A program made the position numbers and the translations under genes. DNA of 63,990 nucleotides, filler included, from Octopus bimaculoides (Eukaryota), in the NCBI RefSeq assembly GCF_001194135.2. It is 12 parts of 9 records of this genome, joined end to end, with 100 filler letters (N's around TTAATTAATTAA, not from the genome) between each part and the next. Parts side by side here need not be neighbours in the genome. Positions count along the whole stretch, not along the records: positions 1 to 27,245 come from NC_068999.1; positions 27,346 to 33,598 come from NC_068982.1; 10 more parts are not named here. One strand, given 5' to 3'. This document shows positions 15,149 through 28,273 of this stretch, in pieces. The notes under the pieces are model-generated. The model was not told the DNA's origin. It saw only the letters and a program-made list of their open reading frames with translations, and did not search any database. Position 1 is the stretch's first letter; every line of letters starts with the position of its first letter.

Positions 15149-15624
15149 TTATATGTATATTTGTGTGTATGTTTGATTGTTTGTGAGTGTTTGTGTGTGT
15201 GCTTTCTTGTATGCATAAATGCATGGTCTATACACACACTAAATTGAGTGGTTTGGCTGATCGTATCAAATCCAATTACTACAAACAAATATTTAAAAAA
15301 CAATACCACTATGAAGGTTTGACCGTTAACTACGCATACTTCCAGAGTACCATACAAACCATCCTTCAATAGGAGTAGATATAAATCATGAATTAAAAAT
15401 TAGCGATTTTCTACCAAACATGTTCACTCCATACCTCTTCACCTGAGTGATTGTGTTTGTTTTGTCTTCTGCAAAAATATATTGTGATAAAATATATAGT
15501 TGCACTAATATTTATTTTCCATGAACAGGTTAAGAATATATATACAAGTGTGTGCGTATGTGTAAGGTGTGAGTGTGCGTGTGCATGAACGTATATGTTT
15601 AAAAAAACACTATTCATATATTTA

Positions 15625-15659
<35 letters not shown>

Positions 15660-16348
15660 NNNNNNNNNNNNNNNNNNNNNNNNNNNNNNNNNNNNNNNNN
15701 NNNNNNNNNNNNNNNNNNNNNNNNNNNNNNNNNNNNNNNNNNNNNNNNNNNNNNNNNNNNNNNNNNNNNNNNNNNNNNNNNNNNNNNNNNNNNNNNNNNN
15801 NNNNNNNNNNNNNNNNNNNNNNNNNNNNNNNNNNNNNNNNNNNNNNNNNNNNNNNNNNNNNNNNNNNNNNNNNNNNNNNNNNNNNNNNNNNNNNNNNNNN
15901 NNNNNNNNNNNNNNNNNNNNNNNNNNNNNNNNNNNNNNNNNNNNNNNNNNNNNNNNNNNNNNNNNNNNNNNNNNNNNNNNNNNNNNNNNNNNNNNNNNNN
16001 NNNNNNNNNNNNNNNNNNNNNNNNNNNNNNNNNNNNNNNNNNNNNNNNNNNNNNNNNNNNNNNNNNNNNNNNNNNNNNNNNNNNNNNNNNNNNNNNNNNN
16101 NNNNNNNNNNNNNNNNNNNNNNNNNNNNNNNNNNNNNNNNNNNNNNNNNNNNNNNNNNNNNNNNNNNNNNNNNNNNNNNNNNNNNNNNNNNNNNNNNNNN
16201 NNNNNNNNNNNNNNNNNNNNNNNNNNNNNNNNNNNNNNNNNNNNNNNNNNNNNNNNNNNNNNNNNNNNNNNNNNNNNNNNNNNNNNNNNNNNNNNNNNNN
16301 NNNNNNNNNNNNNNNNNNNNNNNNNNNTATATATATATATATATATAT

Positions 16349-16391
<43 letters not shown>

Positions 16392-16552
16392 CATACATAC
16401 ATACATACATACATACATACATACATACATACATACATACATAGAGAGAGAGAGAGATACATTTATAATCATTGATATATACATATAATAGCATACATAA
16501 ATATATATATCTGCATACATACAGACATACATACATATATATATATATGTAT

Positions 16553-16598
16553 ATGGCCACAGTCAAATGACTGAAACATGTAAAAGAGTAAAAGAGTA
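16553..16598 (+). mobile_element. Family-B SINE tail fragment
   Basis: atggccacagtcaaatgactgaaacatgtaaaagagtaaaagagta. Confidence 0.7.
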
Positions 16599-18700
16599 TG
16601 TGTGTGTGTGTGTGTGTGTGTGTATGCATGTATACATATATATAGCTACATATGCATATATATACACAGCCACACACACACATACATATATATATATACA
16701 CACACACAAATACATATATCTGTGGTGCGTGTATGAGTGAACCTGTGCATGCATTTGCGTATATATAAATATTTGTATTACTATATACTTATATTCTACA
16801 TATTTGCTTCTAAATTCGGTCGATATTGAAACAATTATTTCCAACAACGCCAATCCGATAGCCTTTTATTTAAATCTGACACCCGGTTGACATCGATCAG
16901 ATAACTTTAAGAAATAAAAAAACAAACGAGAATATAACGAATACAACTCACGATCGTTTCCTCTATGTAAAATATTTGATATGGGATTTGTTGCGCATTC
17001 ATTATATTCTCAAATACATAAGTCATTTATGAAATTCACTAAAAATCCCACTTACAAATCATTTCGTTCTCAAAAAGATGAAAATATGAAATATAATTAG
17101 CAATGCGAATTTCACCATTCCAGTAATATATTCAATAATCCTAGAGCAAAATGAAACCTTTATCGAAGCCTGTGTTTTAACTCTGGATTAGCTAAAACAT
17201 GAATCAAATCTCCTTCAAATCTCTAACTAATATCTTTTTAAAATGTTAAAAAAAAAATACTGTTATGTAATACAAGATTGGATACACAAAATGCTTGGAT
17301 AGTTCCAGCTCAGAATAGATTCGGTAGTAGATCTTAAAACCAGGACATATTCCTCAATGAGCAAAATATATATGAATGAAAAACGGTACAAGAGACATGG
17401 GGACAATATATAACGTTATGTACTGCGCTTTGTTTTTCAGAAATAGGTCTCAAAGCATCACCCAGGTTTTAAATTCGAAGTTGTCTTTATATTACATTTT
17501 TAAACACTTTAGCAAATAAACCAGGCACATCCAACCCAAATATATTACTGGCCAGATGCGACTTCTCACATATACCGGACAATTTTATCCTAAATAAACA
17601 AGCAACAACGTCATTGAAATGTCGAAACGACGAGTTAATGAATGATTCATTCAGAAAGAAAGCATCATATTTAACAGGTAATCTAAAGTCACTAAAAACG
17701 CTTTCTCCTGAACGTGTTGGTAAAATCCAGTTGAGTCTAATATACCCCTGTGTAGTATAACTTACTTATTGTTTCAAATAAATAAGTATATACGTGAACT
17801 GTACCTATTATTCAAATTCCTGTCTTATCCTCTATCGGATCTCGCTTTTTCGAAATAAGAAATATGTTAAGGGTAAACAAGTATGCTGATTATTGAAATA
17901 CTCGGGCATTCTTTAACTTCATGAGTAGTTGGTATAAATGATTGAAGCAACAAGAGAATTTTATAAACAAGCAGGGCGACCGCTTACATCTAACCCAAAG
18001 AACCCGTTCCATTGGTACCTCAACAATTCCCCTCTATAACACTGGTTTTAAATTATTAATTCTTCAAACCAGAACAACGTGTAAAATTCATGCTTAAATT
18101 AGGCTGAAATCGCCTCACCGTACTAAGTGACTTAATACTCCAAATTATTTACTTCATAAAATAGGAATTTCGTCTAGAGAACTGCAGCTACAATGTTAGA
18201 ACGCCATTCATTACAGCAGTCTAGTCCGTCACTGATCATGTGTAGTTGGCAATAATCATCAGTGACTGTTTTTCTTGATAGCTTTCCAGATAGAGTTCAG
18301 ACCACAGAAATTTTGAAGCCAAATGTTGCGTGTTAATATTACTGAAATCGTGGTGAACGCCATACACAGACGGGCAAATGAATTAAACATTATATATCTA
18401 TTTTCTACGGTCAAATTTGTCATTGGCCGTTTCTATGAGTATCACTGCATGATTTATAATGAAAATTGTTTATAGAAATCTGCGTTTTAGCAAAAGATTA
18501 TAAGTGTGTGTGTGTATGCGTGTATATATGTGTGTGTGTGCATTTTATGGTGAGGGTGCGTGAGTAGCATATGGATGCATGTATGTACATATGCATATAG
18601 ATAGATTAATAGATCGATGCACAGCGACTCAGAACGATACAGATATGGATAAATCAGTAGACATATATACTGATGTCTGAATGTCAGTATATATATATAC

Positions 18701-18733
<33 letters not shown>

Positions 18734-19514
18734 NNNNNNNNNNNNNNNNNNNNNNNNNNNNNNNNNNNNNNNNNNNNNNNNNNNNNNNNNNNNNNNNNNN
18801 NNNNNNNNNNNNNNNNNNNNNNNNNNNNNNNNNNNNNNNNNNNNNNNNNNNNNNNNNNNNNNNNNNNNNNNNNNNNNNNNNNNNNNNNNNNNNNNNNNNN
18901 NNNNNNNNNNNNNNNNNNNNNNNNNNNNNNNNNNNNNNNNNNNNNNNNNNNNNNNNNNNNNNNNNNNNNNNNNNNNNNNNNNNNNNNNNNNNNNNNNNNN
19001 NNNNNNNNNNNNNNNNNNNNNNNNNNNNNNNNNNNNNNNNNNNNNNNNNNNNNNNNNNNNNNNNNNNNNNNNNNNNNNNNNNNNNNNNNNNNNNNNNNNN
19101 NNNNNNNNNNNNNNNNNNNNNNNNNNNNNNNNNNNNNNNNNNNNNNNNNNNNNNNNNATATATATATAGGCTCTGGTACACACACGGGTATATTTATATA
19201 TATATTCACTAGCAAACACACTTATATAGGCCCATATACGGCTATGTTGTTGAGCATGTATGTAATATGAGTGTGGCACTTGTATTTGTATAAGCATGGT
19301 AATGTTATTCATAATTGTATTATTCTATTCGGTAAAAAAAGTGATTTGTGGCGTTAAACCACACAAGGTTAGTTCTGTGAGCCAATATGCAAATATATCT
19401 ACCAAACTGCTTTAAGTGATAAATGCATGCATATAATCTTACACAGAATAAGCGATCAGCCATCCTGTTGTATGCCTCTCCCACTTCTACTCTCACTCTA
19501 AGAGGATATGATAT

Positions 19515-19567
<53 letters not shown>

Positions 19568-21103
19568 CATATACATATACATACACACACACACACATAT
19601 ATATATATATACATATAAATGCATAGTTATATTTATACGTATGCAAGTATATAAAGTATATATGTATATATACGTGTGCATATGCATGTGTGGTGTGTGT
19701 GTGCATATGTGTGTTTGTGTGTGTATGTACAGATAATGCATAGACAGATTAATGTGTCTTCCTTTTTGAAGCCGCCGTACATTCTTTGAGCTTTGTTTTC
19801 AACTCAAAATCAGAGGATTTATTAAAATTCAATTTGCACAGGAGAGCTGTCTCCAACAGTTTCTCTATGTTCAATGCAGATTATCTCTACCAACCATTGA
19901 CTAAAGGAAGCACTAACCAAACTGGGTAACATCTCCCGACTACATGTAATATATTCACCGTCATCATTATTTTCTTTTCTGCTCTCAAGAGGTTGAATAT
20001 GAAGGACATCACTTCGCCTCCTTTCCTTGTCATTCTTGCATATTCAATGTATGATAGTTTTGCTTAATATTTAATGTTATGAAACAGGTTTGTCTTACCC
20101 TTTCCTCTCTCTGTTCACCATTTAGCCTTCATTCTAGTGATAGTCTTATTATTCTGTATTATGCAATGTTTGTCCCGCATTTCATATTAAGACTGCGCAG
20201 ACGATACCCGCCCTGCTCCCACTATCATGCTGCATCTACTTTAATGAAATAATCAATGCCGTAGACTGAAAGAGGATTAGTAGGGTAGGAAGAAACTAAA
20301 TACTCAAATGGACCAGTCGAGACCCTCCTTGATAAAATGCCTATCTAGGAATCAATCCGTATAGAACATTTATTAAACCATCTATTTCCTTCTATGACTA
20401 CTTGGATTTCACATGCTACAACTAATATAACAATTGGTTCATCGAAAGCAGACTTTAAATAGCTTTATGCTATTGCATTTTTGTTTTATTTTACAGATGA
20501 GACAGGATGTCATAACTAAAATATTTCCGAACTACATCAAAATCGCAGATCGGAATATTTGGAAGTTTGCGAAATACGGAAGCAATATATATTTTGAGAA
20601 TTAAATGCGACAAACTAAAGAGACAAGAGTTGAGCATTTCTGATTATTCGATATAACAATCATTGCATGTTTGACAGCTCCATGCTGATATTTTGTGCAA
20701 GTGAATGATTATCACAGCGGTCAGCTCACTTTATTGTAATTTGTTTATTAATTTAAGATTGAATTTTGGAAGATAAGCTAAGTTTGCAAAAGTTTTTTTC
20801 GTTTTTCTTTTTCGTTTGGTGTCACGCCTTTCTCTACAACCTGCCTTACATCGACATGTATTGCAGTTAGCTTTTATAAAGTGTGCACCTGACTTGATAA
20901 AATATTTCCTTAAAAGATTCACTTACATATGAATCTTTAAAACATTTTCATACATGTATCAGACGTTGTCGCTTCATGACAGACATTACCTTTATGAAAT
21001 GTAAAAACAGAGTTGGGTGTAATAAATTTTGCTCCTGCTTGAATTGCTAAATAATTTTCCATGATGTAATTTTCACTCAGACTCACACATACATATATAT
21101 TTA

Positions 21104-21136
<33 letters not shown>

Positions 21137-22769
21137 NNNNNNNNNNNNNNNNNNNNNNNNNNNNNNNNNNNNNNNNNNNNNNNNNNNNNNNNNNNNNNNN
21201 NNNNNNNNNNNNNNNNNNNNNNNNNNNNNNNNNNNNNNNNNNNNNNNNNNNNNNNNNNNNNNNNNNNNNNNNNNNNNNNNNNNNNNNNNNNNNNNNNNNN
21301 NNNNNNNNNNNNNNNNNNNNNNNNNNNNNNNNNNNNNNNNNNNNNNNNNNNNNNNNNNNNNNNNNNNNNNNNNNNNNNNNNNNNNNNNNNNNNNNNNNNN
21401 NNNNNNNNNNNNNNNNNNNNNNNNNNNNNNNNNNNNNNNNNNNNNNNNNNNNNNNNNNNNNNNNNNNNNNNNNNNNNNNNNNNNNNNNNNNNNNNNNNNN
21501 NNNNNNNNNNNNNNNNNNNNNNNNNNNNNNNNNNNNNNNNNNNNNNNNNNNNNNNNNNNNNNNNNNNNNNNNNNNNNNNNNNNNNNNNNNNNNNNNNNNN
21601 NNNNNNNNNNNNNNNNNNNNNNNNNNNNNNNNNNNNNNNNNNNNNNNNNNNNNNNNNNNNNNNNNNNNNNNNNNNNNNNNNNNNNNNNNNNNNNNNNNNN
21701 NNNNNNNNNNNNNNNNNNNNNNNNNNNNNNNNNNNNNNNNNNNNNNNNNNNNNNNNNNNNNNNNNNNNNNNNNNNNNNNNNNNNNNNNNNNNNNNNNNNN
21801 NNNNNNNNNNNNNNNNNNNNNNNNNNNNNNNNNNNNNNNNNNNNNNNNNNNNNNNNNNNNNNNNNNNNNNNNNNNNNNNNNNNNNNNNNNNNNNNNNNNN
21901 NNNNNNNNNTATATATATATATAATATATATAGATAGATAGATATATAGATAGATAGATAGATAGATATACATACATACATACATACATATATGTATGTA
22001 TGTCACGTTTTAAATCGCTACTTGATATTAAGCACTTCAAAAGGAAATTGATACAAAGTTTGTTGTATTTCTTCAAATGCTAACAAATAATGTATATTCA
22101 TATAATTACAAATTCAAAATCACACAACGCTACTGAAACAAATAAATTGAACTAAATATACCGTTTGCGATGACTACAAACATCAAAGTTACAGGACAAA
22201 AACTGACTGCAGTGAACTAAGTGATTTCAGAGTTATATACTAAATGAATACTTTGTTAGAAAATTACATTAAATTGAAATGAAAACACATTACTGGAAAA
22301 ACAAAACTAACGAAGGGTAAACATTAAATTGCAACTATATTCGTAAAATATCTCATCGACGTTCATTTTGCTGTATAACCATTCAAATTACTAATATGAA
22401 TAACAAATTTACATACCCACACGAACGATGCATATTTCATGATACTAACTGTTGCATTCAATATAAAATTAATCTATTTCCTCTCCATTTGAACATGTAT
22501 TAGTCTCAATGAGACACTTCAATACATTGCATCACACAGCACTATTAGCAGAGAAGCAGAAATAACGGATCATTGGGAAAGCGGATTAGGGTATTCTGTT
22601 CCTTTCCTCTGTTTTGTGTTCAACTCTAATCAAGATCGATTTCAGTCTGTCATAAATTTGACAAGAAAATAAGTAAGAACTCAAAACGGATGTTGGTTTA
22701 ATTGATAACCTATTTCCACACGCTAAGTTGTTTTTTTTTTTAATGATAGTTTTAATCATTATCATTAAC

Positions 22770-23205
22770 GCGGTCAACCAGCAGAAATGCTAGCACGCCT
22801 AAGAATGACGCTTAGTGACATTTCCTGCCTTTACGTTCTGAGTTTCAATTCTGTGGAGGTCGACTTTCTTTTATCATTCAGGATCAATAATGCAAATACC
22901 AGCTAAGTACTGGGGTCGACATACCCCTCTCACGAAAGAGTTGGCCTTGATGCCAAAATTTTAAAGCATTATTCATTTTAAGTAAGATGGCAAGTTGGCC
23001 GAATCGCTAGCACGCCAGGCAAAATGCTTTGATGTATTTCGTTTGTATTTACGCTCTGAGTTCAAATTCTCCCGGTGTTGACTTTACGTTTCATCCTTTC
23101 GGCGACTATAACAAAAGTGCCAGTCATGTACTGAGATCAGCGTAATCGACTTGGCCCCTTGCTCAGAATTTCAGGCCTTGTGTCTAAGGTAGAAAGGGTC
23201 GTTAT
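22770..23205 (+). mobile_element. Two tandem decayed family-A SINEs (~22770-22975 and ~22984-23205)
   Basis: gcagaaatgctagcacgcc / gaatcgctagcacgccagg heads, ctgagttcaaattc B-box-like segments and ggccttg tails. Confidence 0.7.
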
Positions 23206-24315
23206 TCCTTATTAGAACGGGATGCCAATTGCTAGCCAATCTTTATGTTCAGAGTTCTTATCGTGTTGAGGACACGATGTAATAAAGTAGTATGAAAATG
23301 CTGAGGTCAACATAATCGATTAACTTCTCGTACCATAATCAATATGGCTTTGATCCGATGTCAGTAATGATATTTCCTTCAGCTCTATACACCGTGAATT
23401 TGAGCTCCCCTTGAAGTGGTCTTGCCGTATATTCAATCCATCTATGGACTGAGGTATATTTCACCGCAAATCACTTCTCCAAAGATTGTAGCATTTCGAC
23501 ATGCTTATAAACATTGTATAAAACATATAGAACAGCCAAGGATGAAACACCTATGTGGATACACACCTTGTAAGAAATAGTTTGTCAATACTCACTCAAA
23601 TTACTTAGAATAAGTTTGATAATTTAGTAGTAGATTCCTAATAATAAAGAACGTCAACGCTAAAAGCTATTTTTCCATGCATCCAACCGGACAGTAATGA
23701 CAATGAAGAACATGAAGTATTAAGAAAATAGAAAATTGGTAACAGAATAGAAAAATTAATGACAATGCAAGTCTCAGGCAGAAAGCATATTTTAGTAACA
23801 CAGATAACATTGAACGGCCAAGCTACTTACTCAGGACATAAACTTTCCGTTGGAGGTTAGCAAATAGTAATTACCTTGCGATATCGAATGACAATCACAC
23901 TCGGCAGCATTGCAAGTATTATTTCGTAATACGAAACAGAGCCGATAGACATGACTAAGATAATTAACTGCAGGAGAGAGTGACACTATATACACGTAAA
24001 ACCGCATCATCTAGGACATGCCTTGATGAACAACCAGAAAACTGTTATAATTGAATATTTAATAATGTAGAGTAAAAACCTAGAAATGTCTATTTGCTAA
24101 ATGCAGATTCGCATAAAGTAAGATAATATACGATGATATGGATTTTAAAATAAACTTTGAAAGTGCATTATATAATATATATGTATGTGTGTAATAAATA
24201 TACAATTATACGCACACATGCACATATACATACACAGATAAATACATAATACTAATAGGTGGATGCATTGGTACATATTTAAGTACGCTGAAAGCTAGTT
24301 AGCTAGCTAGCTAGC

Positions 24316-24358
<43 letters not shown>

Positions 24359-24939
24359 CTATACAGGCAGCCAGACAGGCAGACAGATAGACAGACAGTA
24401 TAAGAACGCTAATAGTAGCAAACTATGGATGACTGAGACCGATTCATATGTTACATAATGAGAGAAAAAGTGAAAAAGCCCCTACTTAATAGATATTGTT
24501 TCAGAGAAATATAAAATACCCACATTCTTCCATTAGATTGTCTTAAAATAATAAAATAGCAAGAAATAATGAAACCTGGAAATTATTAAATTTTCATAAA
24601 CTTCTTGTGATTGGTTAGATTTACTGATTGCCGCGTAGGTGTACTTGGTTCTTCTTCAGCTGAGAAATGCATTTAGATTTTTCCAATAACAGAAATACTT
24701 ATTGCACTGTGCATAATATTGCCGTTTCTTAAAATTGAAATAAATCAGGAATTATACGCGGCAATATTTTGTAAATTTGAATTGAGTAAAATACGTGTAA
24801 ACGGAGATGCTGTATAAACAGTATTGGTGATACGTTCTGCTTATTTGACTGTATCAGCAATGTGCACTACGTTGTGTGTCCAGAGGCCAGCTTCCCCCAA
24901 CACTGCCCAATTCCCTCTGCTGTGGTGTTGCATACATAC

Positions 24940-25315
24940 AAACGGCTTCACTCGAACGTGGGAGCATGAGGGGAGATCTCATCCTCACTTTCAACATCTT
25001 CAACGGGAACGTAAACCTACCATTTACGGAGTACTTCACACCTGCGCCAGATAGAGGTCTTCGTGGGCATGATTGCAAACTCAATCCCCGACACATTCGA
25101 GTCAACTTACGTAAGGCCGCATTCACCGTCCGTATCGCAGGAACAAACTACCACAAGATGTCATTCAACTGCCCACCACTCCCCCGTTCAAAGAGGCTCT
25201 GGACAACTGTGGCGACTATGTATAAAACTGTATAGAACAATAACTGGGTTGGTTTTTTTTTCTTTTTTAACATGGCTTTGTGCTCTTCTCCTGCCAATAA
25301 ATTTGATTTGATTTG
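24940..25315 (+). mobile_element. CR1/L2-clade LINE 3' fragment
   Basis: SLERGSMRGDLILTFNIFNG...RGHDCKL...RKAAFTVR, the typical CR1/L2 ORF2 C-terminus. AATAAA at 25296 is followed by an (ATTTG)3 tail. Confidence 0.85.
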
Positions 25316-25437
25316 AAGAAGAAGAAGAAGAAGAAGAAGAAGAAGAAGAAGAAGAAGAAGAAGAAGAAGAAGAAGAAGAAGAAGAAGAAGAAGAAGAAGA
25401 AGAAGAAGATGATGATGATGATGATGATGATGATGAT
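25315..25437. repeat. (GAA)n(GAT)n microsatellite attached to the CR1/L2 tail
   Basis: Direct reading. Confidence 0.95.
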
Positions 25438-25793
25438 CACGGTGCACAGCCACCACAATAACTCTTCAGGGATATATTAGACAATGAGGTTTTTCCGTAA
25501 CCTCTATAGAAGTCGGCGAGTCAAGTCTTTGAACCAAGATCTGGTCGATAAGGAATACCCAACGGATAACGAAACAATATCATTAACAAACAGCAACAAC
25601 AGAAAATACGGGACAACATAAAATACAGATATCATATACTTCAAACAAGTGAACATCATTAGTATTAAATTCAGAGAACGAATTAACCTAACAGCAAAAA
25701 GGAAATTTCTTGAAATATAGATTTTGCAAATATTTAATACAAAATATTTATCTTAATAATGAAATATGTGTGTTTGTGTGCGCGTACACGTAT

Positions 25794-25827
<34 letters not shown>

Positions 25828-26568
25828 GAGTGTGTGAGTGTGTGTATGTTTCATGTAAGTATATATATGTAGTGGGGTGGGTGAGTGTATACAGAGAGAA
25901 AATAAGTTATTGATAGCATACATTAACTCTGATTAATTTGGCAATAATCCTTGCTATATTTACAGTGCCTGGGAGCTTTTCATCAAGATTAAATTCAATA
26001 TATTATCTTTCCTTGGATATAGTGACTTTATTTCTCTGCTGTTTTATATTTTATTAAATGTTGAGGACGATCGATATTTCCTTAAATATGCTAATTCAGC
26101 GTTGTGCAATGGTTTTAGTGATCTTGTCTTGGAAGTTAGCCAAATATACACGGAGTTTTTAAATCGTAACTTATATCTGTTTATTGTATTACGTAATACC
26201 GTTTCAAAAATTGTTATTGTCTGGTCGAGGGAATCTTTAACAATAATTGAAATCCAAAATATATATACGCTGCCTTGCATATTTATTTTTGATATGTTCC
26301 GGTAGATACGAACATGGATATGTTAATTATTGTTGTGTCATCACTTGACAAAAACTCATTTACGGCGAACTCAACACTCGATTCAACAGCACAAGTGCTT
26401 CTACCTCAGACAGCCGATGTTTTCATGTCATTGTGTCCCGTCAATCGGAAGTATGATTGAATGAACCCATCGAACAAGTGCCTATGGTCTCGTTTTTGAC
26501 AGCAGGAAACAAAGTATTTGATGATTGAAGCATATATCTCCCACCAATAATAAATATATCGTCTAACG

Positions 26569-26841
26569 CAGTGCTTCTCAAACTATCTGATGTGGCGTAC
26601 CAGCATTTATTCTTTACTAATGTACCAAAGGCCGGTATTATTTCTTAGTAATATTAATTTATACCGGAAACAATATATATAATGAATATAATAAAAGTTG
26701 ACAATTTTTATTATCTTACATTTATTTTGTAAACAAATAATGCAATATTACATAAGCATTTTATAATGTTTCTTTCTTTTCTGGAAACTCGCTGCGTACC
26801 TGCAGCTGATAGCTTGCGGACTACCACTTTGAGTAGCACTG
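26569..26841. mobile_element. hAT (Charlie-type) MITE, 273 bp
   Basis: TIRs CAGTGCTTCTCAAA / TTTGAGTAGCACTG (13 of 14 match). 8-bp TSD GTCTAACG (26561-26568) / GTCTAACC (26842-26849). Confidence 0.85.
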
Positions 26842-27345
26842 GTCTAACCCAGAATCAAACCGATGGCTTCTTAATATATATCTGCAGATTTGTGCGTAAA
26901 TATGTTAATCGCCGCTGTGTATCGTCACAGAGTAGATCTTCGTTTACTGAATACTTTGTAAGGGCCTTGTATTGGATGTCTATTATCATAAAAGCCACAT
27001 GCAGAAAACCTTGTATACGTGTGCAAATTCATTTACGATTGTTTCTGTTTACCATACTGAGGAGAATATATATTTATAATTTTGCCTCGTTGCCAATGGT
27101 AGACATCGTCAGAACGAAGAAGTCACAGGTAGAGGGAAGAGAGCGAAAGGTCGAGTGTTACGCCAGGAGTGCGTTTGGATATATCCGTCCCTTAGAAGCA
27201 TTAAACACCTCTAACTTATACCTATATATATATATATATATATATNNNNNNNNNNNNNNNNNNNNNNNNNNNNNNNNNNNNNNNNNNNNTTAATTAATTA
27301 ANNNNNNNNNNNNNNNNNNNNNNNNNNNNNNNNNNNNNNNNNNNN

Positions 27346-27392
<47 letters not shown>

Positions 27393-28236
27393 GGATAGAT
27401 ATGTGTCTATGTGCATGCGTACTTGTATGTATGTTTGTATGAATGGATGGATGGATGGATGGATGGATGGATGGATGGATATAATAGCAACCAATCAATA
27501 AGAAATAAGAAATATATTGCACAGTTTGGTAAAGATAAAATATTAAGATTAAAATAGTATTATAAATCTTTAAAATTAAAAAAAATTAAACAACCAGAAA
27601 ACTTTCTGGAAAACCTTTAAAGTTTAGCAGACTGAATGTTAACATTAAAAGTTAACACTGCACTTAAAAATTTGATATTAAGACTTCAAAATAATAAGGT
27701 ATTTAAAAAGATTTCCAAAACGAAAAAATTACTAAGTATATAAACTTAAAAATAAAATGATAAATTAAACATAAATAGAAATGAAATGTTATAAACAAAA
27801 AAATGAAATACATAATTAAAAATAATAAAGGAAATTAGATATAGGAAATAAGAAATTGAAATAAAATATTAAAAATAATATAAAAACAAAAATGGAATTT
27901 TTAAAAAATTGAAATTCAAAAATTAAAGTTTTGTGTTATAAAAGTAAAACTGAAAAATTATATTTATATATGCGTAATTAGAAAATTGAAAATAAAATAT
28001 ATAACACATTCACATAAAGAAATATTCACTAAAGTTTGGATGATACCGTTAGAAAATAAATTAATGTTAAGGTAATATGAAATATAACATTGTATAATAA
28101 GAAATATAAAATGTGAAAAAAAATGAGATACAAGAAACGTCTAAAGCCGCATCTATGCTGAACGCACATGTATGCATATGTACACACAATATATGCATAT
28201 ATATATGCACACACACACAAACACACACACACACAC

Positions 28237-28273
<37 letters not shown>

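Noticed and set aside
18228-18269. Hairpin gtcactgat...atcagtgac as a pre-miRNA
   Set aside because: Only 9 contiguous pairs; too short and unstable for a precursor.
20731-20922. ORF with NCNTCRCKAGC as the OATP Kazal exon
   Set aside because: Lacks the PVCG/TY.SPC core and spacing, and lies on the wrong side of the 60 kb exon.
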